DNA of 63,925 nt, counting the filler, from Octopus bimaculoides (lineage: Eukaryota): assembly GCF_001194135.2 (NCBI RefSeq). It is 6 parts of 5 records of this genome, joined end to end, with 100 filler letters (N's around TTAATTAATTAA, not from the genome) between each part and the next. Parts side by side here need not be neighbours in the genome. Positions count along the whole stretch, not along the records: positions 1 to 25,918 come from NC_068984.1; positions 26,019 to 34,231 come from NC_068994.1; positions 34,332 to 40,598 come from NC_068988.1; 3 more parts are not named here. One strand, 5' to 3'. Under the pieces are notes generated by a model. That model had not been told where the DNA came from and ran no database searches. It saw only the letters and a program-made list of their open reading frames with translations. This document shows, piece by piece, positions 24,760 through 34,374 of this stretch. Position 1 is the stretch's first letter, and every line of letters begins with the position of its first letter. The position numbers were made by a program, and so were the translations under genes.

Positions 24760-24992
24760 TTTATCTTTTATCTTTCACTCGTTTCAGTCATTAGACTGTG
24801 GTCATGTTGGGGCACTGCCTTGAAGAATTTATAGTTGAATGTATCTACCCCAGTACTTTTTTTTTAAAGCCTGATGCTTATTCTACCAATCTCTTTAGGT
24901 GAACCGCTAAGTTACAGGGACATAAACACACCAACACCAGTTGTCAAGCAGTGGAGTAGAGGGAGGAACAAACACAGACACACATACATAGG

Positions 24993-25037
<45 letters not shown>

Positions 25038-25222
25038 ATATATATATATATATATACACAATGGTTTCTTTTAGTTTCCGTCTACCAAATCCACTCCCGA
25101 AGCTTTGGTCAGCCTGAGGCTATAGTAGAAGACATTTGCCCAAGGTGCCATGCAATAGGACTGAACCTAGGACGATGTGGTTGGGAAGCAAGCTCCTCAC
25201 CACACTGCCACACCTGCACCTG
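24760..25222 (-). mobile_element. SINE family A, near full length, tail-to-tail with the previous copy
   Basis: GAACCGCTAAGTTAC, TTTCCGTCTACCAAATCCAC, GGACTGAACC and head CACACTGCCACACCTGCACC. Confidence 0.85.
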
Positions 25223-25425
25223 ACTCCCGTGCAGGTGGCACATAAAAAGCACCTACTACACTCTCAGAGTGGTTGGCATTAGGATGGGCATCCAACTGTA
25301 GAAACCTTGCCAGATCAGATTGGAACCCAGTGCAACCTCCTGGCTTGCCAGTCCTCAGTCAAACCGTCCAACCCATGCCAGCATGGAAAGCAGACATTAA
25401 ACGATAATAATGATGATGATGATGA
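25223..25425 (+). mobile_element. SINE family D 3' half
   Basis: GGTGGCACATAAAAAGCACC, GTTGGCATTAGGATGGGCATCC, AAACCGTCCAACCCATGCCAGCATGGAAA and a (GAT)n tail. Confidence 0.8.
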
Positions 25426-25457
25426 TATATGTATATATGTATATATATATATATATC

Positions 25458-25724
25458 GTCAGTGGATCATATATCCAAAAAAAGAAGCACCCTCTAAAAG
25501 TTAGAGCAATAATGAAGTTAAATATATGTCTAGTTATAGAGTGATTCACGTCCATAAAGCACTTAGCACCCATCAGAGTTCAGTGAGTCATCTATAAAGC
25601 TAAGCGTTTATGGATGTGAAACCATTGGTCTCTTTATAACCAGACATATATTTAACCTTGTGTAAATACATCACTGGTCCAGCTTTTAGAGTGTGCTTCT
25701 TTTTCGGATATATGATCCACTGAC
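25458..25724. mobile_element. MITE-like element with ~43-bp terminal inverted repeats
   Basis: GTCAGTGGATCATATATCC.AAAA.GAAGCAC..TCTAAAAG at 25458-25500, inverted at 25683-25724; TSD not clear. Confidence 0.6.
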
Positions 25725-25857
25725 AATCCATTTGTGACCTGGACACAGATTTCCTTATAAAGGCTGTCACATGGTTTGCATTGAATAGCAGTGCTAACAC
25801 TACATGCTTTTACGTATTCACGAAAGCCACAATTTCTTGGATAATATGGAACTTTAC

Positions 25858-25888
<31 letters not shown>

Positions 25889-26107
25889 CTGTGTGTGTGT
25901 GTGTGTGTGTCTGTGTGTNNNNNNNNNNNNNNNNNNNNNNNNNNNNNNNNNNNNNNNNNNNNTTAATTAATTAANNNNNNNNNNNNNNNNNNNNNNNNNN
26001 NNNNNNNNNNNNNNNNNNAAATGGTCTTTAAAAAATTACCGAGGGTGAAGATGTATTTCTCTTCTTGTTTTCCTTTTTTCTACGTGAGTTAATTCTTTTG
26101 TGAAAAG

Positions 26108-26461
26108 CAGTGGTTCTCAACCAGGGTCCATATGGCTCCTGAGGTTCCATATAAGATTTTTGGGGGATCCCCACAACAAAATAGTAAATTGGGGATCCAC
26201 AATAGTATTTCAAGGAGTCCTGAAAAAATTATGGCTTACATGTATGTATTGGTATGTATTGCAAGAAACAGCTAGGTTTCTTTCTCTAACATTTTACGTA
26301 GTTCAACCTACACAAGTTAATGTGTCACAAACAATATGGAAATTTTGAAAGAAGTCTCTATAAAACTAGTTTTTAAACATCGAATGGCTATGGGGATCCA
26401 CCAGACTAAAATAGGAATCAAAGGGATCCATAGATTTTTAAAATATGATTGAAAACCGCTG
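26108..26461. mobile_element. hAT (Charlie-like) MITE
   Basis: Left CAGTGGTTCTCAACC, right GATTGAAAACCGCTG; the 8-bp flanks match at 5 of 8 positions. Confidence 0.65.
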
Positions 26462-27029
26462 GTATAAGGGCTACTTTACACACCCCCCCACTCTGTTATA
26501 GCTAACCGGTTGTACGCAGTAGTTTAAAATGAGAAAATATATATAAAATATAGTAAAACAAATGAAATAGATATAGGAAACGTAATATAGTGATAGTAAA
26601 CTCCATCTCTTATCAGCTCGCTGTTACATCTTCTGACCTCGCTTCCATTTTACTGACCTATGTTCACGATGAGACTGACATCCCGTTAGCGTCTATATTT
26701 TCTTCTTACTTTGTTTGACTGATTTATGATACACCATGTATCTGCTTGCGTCTCCTTATCATTCACTAAACTTTTTTTTTTATCTCTCACTGTTAATTTC
26801 TTCTTCGTTAGTCACCAGCTTCATCTTTGATCTAGCTTCTCTAGCCTACTTCCCTATTTTAATTGCCATCTTTTGTCTTGATGCCTACTACAATAACTTC
26901 CCTCCATGTTCACTTTAAATCTCCACTCCAACCCACCTCAACCATTTTTTTTCTCTTTCCCTATTGAATTTATCTATTTATACACATTACTTTCTACTAA
27001 GTTATTTGCCAGAGTCTTATGATGAGGAT

Positions 27030-27418
27030 GTGGAGGCGCAATGGCCCAGTGGTTAGGGCAGCGAACTCGCAGTCATAGGATCGCGGTTTCGATTCCCAGA
27101 CCGGGTGTTGTAAGTGTTTATTGAGCGAAAACACCTAAAGTTCCACGAGGCTCCGGCAGGGAATGGTGGCGAACCCTGCTGTACTCTTCCACCACAACTT
27201 TCTTTCACTCTTTCTTCCTGTTCCTGTTGTACCAGTATTTCAAAGGGCCAGCCTTGTCACACTGTGTCACGCTGAATATCCCCGAGAACTACGTCAAGGG
27301 TACACGTGTCTGTGGAGTGCTCAGCCACTTGCACGTTAATTTCACGAGCAGGCTGTTCCGTTGATCGGATCAACTGGAACCCTCGACGTCGTAAGCGACA
27401 GAGTGCCAACAACAACAC
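27030..27418 (+). mobile_element. complete tRNA-derived SINE family E with TSD and (CAA)n tail
   Basis: A box TGGCCCAGTGG 27042-27052, B box GGTTTCGATTCCC 27085-27097, CAA tail 27407-27417, TSD GATGAGGAT at 27021-27029 and 27419-27427. Confidence 0.9.
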
Positions 27419-27921
27419 GATGAGGATAAAAAAAAAGATAAATGCAGAAACTCGCTGCAAGGCAAGAGCACAGCAGGAGAGAGCTACAGAGGAGGAAAAA
27501 CCCCATCTGGCAAGAGTTTGGGCCCTTATACCAGACACTCTACAGGAGCCGGACCCACTTGGGTCATGATTCTCAGGTGTCCTCTTGATGCTGTCCAAAA
27601 TCCTGTTTCTAGCGGAATTTAAACTTGGGTCGTTCTTTTTTGTGAACTTGTGCCCCCGTCCCAAATAATATGATTTCGCATCATGCGTCTTTCGAAATCC
27701 GTACTAGTCCATAACCTACAATATTATTGTTCCTCATTACTCAATACATGGTTATGGTACAAGTCATTGTTTATCCAGAACAGCTATAAAGATAATACTA
27801 GATTACACCAGTCATTTATTCATCTATTTGTACACACAAATATGAATACACTCCCTACGCCTACTATTTCCATATGAATACACTCCTTTCGCCTACTACT
27901 TTTTTATCTCTTTTCTGCTTA

Positions 27922-27979
<58 letters not shown>

Positions 27980-28824
27980 AGCACATAGGTGCAAAACAAT
28001 GTGGTAAATATAGTACTCAAATACCAAATGTAGACTAATATGCAAAACTTCGACGAACGGGAACGTGAAACTCTGAGTAACAGTTTTGTGATAATTTGCA
28101 GCTTTAATAAAAGTATCTGTATATCTGTATGTATGTATATATATATATATATAGTATTAGGGAAGAGAACCAAGGTTCATGAACTCATCGATGAAAATCN
28201 NNNNNNNNNNNNNNNNNNNNNNNNNNNNNNNNNNNNNNNNNNNNNNNNNNNNNNNNNNNNNNNNNNNNNNNNNNNNNNNNNNNNNNNNNNNNNNNNNNNN
28301 NNNNNNNNNNNNNNNNNNNNNNNNNNNNNNNNNNNNNNNNNNNNNNNNNNNNNNNNNNNNNNNNNNNNNNNNNNNNNNNNNNNNNNNNNNNNNNNNNNNN
28401 NNNNNNNNNNNNNNNNNNNNNNNNNNNNNNNNNNNNNNNNNNNNNNNNNNNNNNNNNNNNNNNNNNNNNNNNNNNNNNNNNNNNNNNNNNNNNNNNNNNN
28501 NNNNNNNNNNNNNNNNNNNNNNNNNNNNNNNNNNNNNNNNNNNNNNNNNNNNNNNNNNNNNNNNNNNNNNNNNNNNNNNNNNNNNNNNNNNNNNNNNNNN
28601 NNNNNNNNNNNNNNNNNNNNNNNNNNNNNNNNNNNNNNNNNNNNNNNNNNNNNNNNNNNNNNNNNNNNNNNNNNNNNNNNNNNNNNNNNNNNNNNNNNNN
28701 NNNNNNNNNNNNNNNNNNNNNNNNNNNNNNNNNNNNNNNNNNNNNNNNNNNNNNNNNNNTTATATATATATATATGTTTGTGTGTGTGTGTAGAAAAAGA
28801 AAATAAAAATATAGAAAGCGGAAG

Positions 28825-28902
28825 TTTTACAAAACCCTTATATTTCAGGTGCTTCCCTCTGAGGATGGACCTTTGCGCCTGAAATGTAAAGGCTTTGTAA
28901 AA
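28825..28902. repeat. 28-bp-arm hairpin containing a degenerate hammerhead-like core
   Basis: Arms 28825-28852 and 28875-28902; CTGAGGA at 28859-28865 and GAAATGTA at 28881-28888. Confidence 0.55.
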
Positions 28903-28983
28903 CATTTTGCATTTTTAGAGGCTTTCTATATTTTCCTAATTCTGTACTACAATGCTTGAAGCGAACTACAACGCTCTGATAAT

Positions 28984-29046
<63 letters not shown>

Positions 29047-29134
29047 GATAGATAGATAGATAGATAGATATGTATGTATGTATGTATGTATTCGTTTTGC
29101 AAGATTCTTGATGTGAAATCGTGTGTTGAAACAG

Positions 29135-29478
29135 ATATTGGTGTATTTCGGGATGGTAATTTTTTTTTTTGCCAAATAAACGCGCACACTATATATCTTT
29201 TATTCACTCGTTTATTACTGTTCTTATTTTATTATTATTTACTCATGTCCTTTGTTCGCAAATCTTTCGTCACACATCTGTGACCTCTTCAGCGACACTT
29301 TTCATTTTCGTGTGTGTTCTTCCACCACTTTCTCCATTCGTCACAGATGTGTGACGAAAGATTTGCAGACAATAGACATGAGTAAAATAATAAAATAACA
29401 ACAGTAGTAAACGAGTGAAGAAAAAAATATATAGTGCGTGTGTTTATTTGGCAAAACAAAAAATGACCATCCGAAAAT

Positions 29479-29488
<10 letters not shown>
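29135..29488. repeat. foldback element with ~150-bp imperfect arms and a 55-bp spacer
   Basis: 29135-29284 is complementary to 29340-29488. Confidence 0.85.
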
Positions 29489-29524
<36 letters not shown>

Positions 29525-30309
29525 AAAGATGTGTATTTTCACACAAGAAAAAATAAAGGAGAATTGAACACTTAATGGTTTAAACATGTTCGTTCAATTT
29601 TTACCTTGTAATTTTAAACTCTCCTAAAACACCACTTTTTTTTTCAATATAATTTTGTACCGTTGGTAAGCAAAAAATTTGTCGAAATTAGTTTGATATG
29701 TGAATAATCTTTTTAAAAACGACGACGCGTTTTTCAGTTCCAGGTGCATTTTCAAATCTAAAANNNNNNNNNNNNNNNNNNNNNNNNNNNNNNNNNNNNN
29801 NNNNNNNNNNNNNNNNNNNNNNNNNNNNNNNNNNNNNNNNNNNNNNNNNNNNNNNNNNNNNNNNNNNNNNNNNNNNNNNNNNNNNNNNNNNNNNNNNNNN
29901 NNNNNNNNNNNNNNNNNNNNNNNNNNNNNNNNNNNNNNNNNNNNNNNNNNNNNNNNNNNNNNNNNNNNNNNNNNNNNNNNNNNNNNNNNNNNNNNNNNNN
30001 NNNNNNNNNNNNNNNNNNNNNNNNNNNNNNNNNNNNNNNNNNNNNNNNNNNNNNNNNNNNNNNNNNNNNNNNNNNNNNNNNNNNNNNNNNNNNNNNNNNN
30101 NNNNNNNNNNNNNNNNNNNNNNNNNNNNNNNNNNNNNNNNNNNNNNNNNNNNNNNNNNNNNNNNNNNNNNNNNNNNNNNNNNNNNNNNNNNNNNNNNNNN
30201 NNNNNNNNNNNNNNNNNNNNNNNNNNNNNNNNNNNNNNNNNNNNNNNNNNNNNNNNNNNNNNNNNNNNNATAGATAGATATAGATATAGATATTTTACTC
30301 TCTTTATAC

Positions 30310-30420
30310 ACATATATAGTGGTTAAAATGTTGAGCTCAAGATCACAAGGTTATGGGTTCAATTCCTGAATCGGGCAGCTGTGGTGTCCTTGAGCAAAGT
30401 ACATTATTTCACATTGATAA
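30310..30420 (+). mobile_element. decayed SINE head related to family E
   Basis: GTGGTTAAAATGTTGAGCTC..GGGTTCAATTCCT..GTGTCCTTGAGCAAAG.ACATTATTTCAC. Confidence 0.55.
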
Positions 30421-30960
30421 TTTTCAACTGAAAAATAAGAACCAGTCTCATGCTAGTGCAGCTCCCTCTACTTAAGCTATCACATCTTCAATGCTCTGCT
30501 GGGTGAAGGGTGAGAGAAACGAGAGTGTGTCTATATTTACTCGCAAGTACATATGCACTTAAAAAAATAGCGAAAGCAAGTTATCATGCCATAATCGTGT
30601 GCGGGTGATAACTGTGTCTGATACGACAGCCTATATTACTCTTAAGGCCCATAAGAACAATTTCTTATACGAACACAAGCAGAAATTAATAAAACTTTAA
30701 TAAACAAACGTATATTTAACTAGACTTGCTCAAAATTAATAGATACATTCTTTCAACCCAATGTGCTTGACCTGGTAAAATAGTTGCAAAATCACCCTCA
30801 AATTGTACACCTGCAATTTTTAATAAAGGAATAACACAATAGATGATGTATCCCTATATAGTCTTATAGACATCTTGGACCGCGTAACAGGAGGCCACTT
30901 AATTGATTGTCATAAAAATGTTCGATAACACAGACCCGACTCTAAACCGCTCGTTATTTT

Positions 30961-30996
<36 letters not shown>

Positions 30997-31291
30997 AGTG
31001 GTCTTTGAAAGATGAAGTCGACCACAATTAAGTTTGGATTCGTTTCAGGCTGTCAAGAATCGGCTTTTCTCGTTGCTCCACGTAAATGCACTATGGACGA
31101 GAAGCTGGGGGGGGGGGGACTCTGCGCAGTAGCTCAAGCTACAGAAAATAACAGCCAAATCTCCCTCAAATCATACCTTATGGTCTTTAAAAAAATAATT
31201 GCAAGGCTACATTATGTAGTGTAATCCATGGTATCCCTAAAGTGATAAGATGGTAACAGTTTTAAATACCTATGATCAAGTTTGTTCGTTT

Positions 31292-31535
31292 AAGGTGGCG
31301 CGTATTGGCAGAGTCGTTTGAACAGTTTGAATGTCTCCCGAAGTTTGTTCCGACTCTCCGCTGTCTGAGTTCAAATCCCACCGAGGTCAGCTTCGTTTTC
31401 ATCTCCTTTAGGGTTAATCAGCAAAATGTGCCTATCCAGAGAGTTGGTTTGGCGAAACAGTAAGAATATCGGATAGATTGCCTCGCGGTATTCGTTCTGG
31501 CTCTTTGAGCTCTGAGTTGAAATCCCGCCATAGTT
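31292..31535 (+). mobile_element. two tandem SINE family C 5' fragments
   Basis: GGCAGAGTCGTT..CTGAGTTCAAATCCCACCGAGGTC repeated in decayed form (GCGAAACAG..CTGAGTTGAAATCCCGCC). Confidence 0.55.
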
Positions 31536-31714
31536 TACTTGCGTGGTATACATAATACGGCGTCCGGATTAACACCACTTCCTGATACCTTGGATTCTTT
31601 CAGGGATAATTCCCTCTTTATCAGCAATCGCGGAGACCCTGTAAAAGATCAGAAGCAATGAATGCACTATTGATTAAACGAAAAAGAAAAAAATTATTTA
31701 AGACGAGGATGTCT

Positions 31715-32075
31715 AGTTCTTGTTTTGAAGCTCGGGTTCAGTCTTATCGCACGGCACCTTGAGCAAGTGTCTTCTGCTATAGCTCCGGTCCGTTCAATGC
31801 CTTCTGAGTGAATGTAGTAAACAGAAACTGCGTGGAAATCCGTCGTGCACACACACATGCATGCGCGTGTGTGTGTGTGTGTGTTTGACCCCTTACCGCT
31901 TGACAGCAGGTGTTGGTTTCTTTCTGTATCCAAAAAAGGGTCCGATCGAATAAGTACCAGACTAAAAGAAAAAAAAAATGAAAGGTACAGGGGTAGATTT
32001 GTTCGACTTATACTCTCTGATGCGGTACCCCAGCATGGTCGCAGTCCACAATGACTGAAACAGGTAAAAGATAAA
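31715..32075 (+). mobile_element. SINE family A copy
   Basis: CGGGTTCAGTC, GCAAGTGTCTTCTGCTATAGC, GAATAAGTACCAG, CCCAGCATGGTCGCAGTC..ATGACTGAAAC. Confidence 0.8.
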
Positions 32076-32204
32076 AACTATACTACAACAACAACAGCAG
32101 CAGTAGCAGCAGCAGCAACAACCACTAACAACTGTAACCACAACATGTGCCGTAGCTTAATACGTAAATAAGACAATCGGTTGTTTAATAGTGGAGTCAC
32201 ACTA

Positions 32205-32300
32205 TTCTTTTCTACTCTAGGCACAAGGCCCGAAATTTTGGGGGAGGGGGCCAGTGGATTAGATTGGCCCCAGCACGCAACGGTACTTTATTTACCGATT
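32205..32300 (-). mobile_element. SINE family C 3' fragment
   Basis: TTTCTACTCTAGGCACAAGGCCCGAAATTTTGGGGGAGGGGGCCAGT. Confidence 0.8.
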
Positions 32301-32599
32301 CCGAATCCTAGTGTACATCTTGTAATCAATATCAGAGGACAATAACCTCTCTCGGGAGAAGACTAGGTTATGTAAAGTAGTTCTTTGGAAGTTTATGATA
32401 ATCGAAACAATTGATATCTGGACTCCGCCCCTGTTTTCATATAAAATTTACTATTGTAGTTTACAATGTCAATAAATTATAATTTTCAGCCTTTGGCTTT
32501 GAAGGTTTTGTAGTTTGGTAGACCGTTGACATGGAATATTTAGTGTCTCTTCTCACTGACCTATCAGATAAATACTGGGTAGGGTGCTTGGCTGTTCCA

Positions 32600-34150
32600 A
32601 TGCCTCGGCTTTATAATTACCCACACGGTAACGTTCTGGTTCTTTTGAGTCAGCATTAAAAATTATTTTTAAAGCGGTCAGATTCTGTGGGAGGCAAGGG
32701 CATGAACATGACACAGGAAACTTCTTATGAAAGAACTTACCGAAAAATGCAATGCACGATTAAGTCAGTGGCTTAAAAGCCGAAATAATTTCCTATCTGA
32801 TACCATACAAAATGAAATCCTACAGGCATATGCTCATTACATCGTGCAAGAGATATCAAAATTATTGAACATTCCATGTTTATTGGTATTATATGTGATG
32901 GCACCACTGATTGTTCTAGCATGAAACAAGAATCAATCATTGTCCGTTATGTTTCTGAAGATCTCAATGCCTACAAAATCTTCCTCGGTTTTTATAACCT
33001 TCCTGATTGCTCTCCGGAGACACTAAGGTTAGTCCGGGCATTTTTTGCCGCTTAAACATTTCGCTTGGCTCAAAATTATGCGGCTTTTCATTTGATGATG
33101 CAAGTACCTTGAGTAGAAACATTTCGGGGATACAAAAGAGATTAAAGACATGTTTCCTGGTACATATTTTGTACATTGTGGAAACCACTCTCTGAACCTT
33201 GTCCTTCAAGCAGTTGACTCTACATTTGCCATTGTATCTGATACACTGAACTTTGTTTACCAATGTGCCATTCTTCAGAAAGAGTCACCAAAAAGAAAAG
33301 TAGCGCTAGGGGCAAGACTTTGTAGTAAAAGGTCATATTGCAAGTAGTGTATCCAATTTGTTGTTGCATTAGAGCAACAACACTAAAACGGACGGAAAGC
33401 AACAATAAGAAGATTAAGGATTTCTTGCTGGAGATTCTGAATGGTACATCGCTATGAGCAACAACAAAGTCCACTGTCAAATGAGTGCTGGAATAATCGG
33501 TATTATCATGGTTGGGAATGTATCTGGAATATGTGAATCTGTGGCAAGTAGCTTACAGCGTCCAGACACAACAGCCGGTGACTGCTTGGAACTGATCGAG
33601 AGGTTGAAGACCTCTCTTTTAAAAATGAGAAGTGAGAAGCTTTTGAAAACTATTTCGGTGAAATATCTTCTGCTGACTTTCTGAAAATGCCTGACATTTT
33701 TCGTTCCAAGAATACGCAAGAATACACTTCTACGTTTCAGACATACAACTACTGAAGGTGGTGCTTTCTCTGTCATCAATGACTGGCATCGGCAGTTTTT
33801 CAGTATCATTAATGTCGTTGAAAATTAATCGAATCGCCGCTTTCAGCAAGAGAGAATGCGCATATGCTCTGAGTGAGTGCATTTCGGCAATCAGCTCTGG
33901 GACGTTTGAACTTGCAAATGCACCCCAGCCTTCATTTTACTAGCCCTCACAGTCATCACAAATCAAAACTCCTTACTGGACTGTGGACGGAAAAAGAAAC
34001 TTTGCCCAAATAACTACATGACATTGTTGAAAAATGGAGAGCTTCTGAGTGTTGATGCTAATGCAGCTTATTCTGTCTCGTACAAACGGAAAAGTGCTTT
34101 AAATCATTACTAAAAGTATTCTACTCTCGTTTCGGCATTGAAACTTTCCA
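32600..34150 (+). mobile_element. decayed hAT transposase (ZMYM1/PRKRIR-like type), multiple frameshifts
   Basis: Colinear pieces AVRFCGRQG..GNF, FLSDTIQNEILQ, ICDGTTD..KQESIIVRYV, GFSFDDAS..SGIQKRLK, YFVHCGNHSLNLVLQ, SLQRPD..LKTSLLKMRSE, SALK. Confidence 0.85.
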
Positions 34151-34168
34151 TGAGGATGTGCAAAACAT

Positions 34169-34231
<63 letters not shown>

Positions 34232-34331
34232 NNNNNNNNNNNNNNNNNNNNNNNNNNNNNNNNNNNNNNNNNNNNTTAATTAATTAANNNNNNNNNNNNN
34301 NNNNNNNNNNNNNNNNNNNNNNNNNNNNNNN

Positions 34332-34374
<43 letters not shown>

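Noticed and set aside
25963-25974. TTAATTAATTAA islands inside N runs (also 34276-34287, 40643-40654, 58035-58046, 62849-62860)
   Set aside because: An identical 12-mer centred in ~100-bp gaps (44 N on each side where counted) that gives stops in all six frames; an assembly spacer, not biology
27032-27105. tRNA gene (Arg-like head with A and B boxes)
   Set aside because: No complete cloverleaf or acceptor stem; it continues into a SINE body with tail and TSD
32418-32433. CTGGACTCCGCCCCTG as the TIR of the adjacent hAT transposase
   Set aside because: Orientation is that of a right end lying upstream of the ORF and no partner TIR was found
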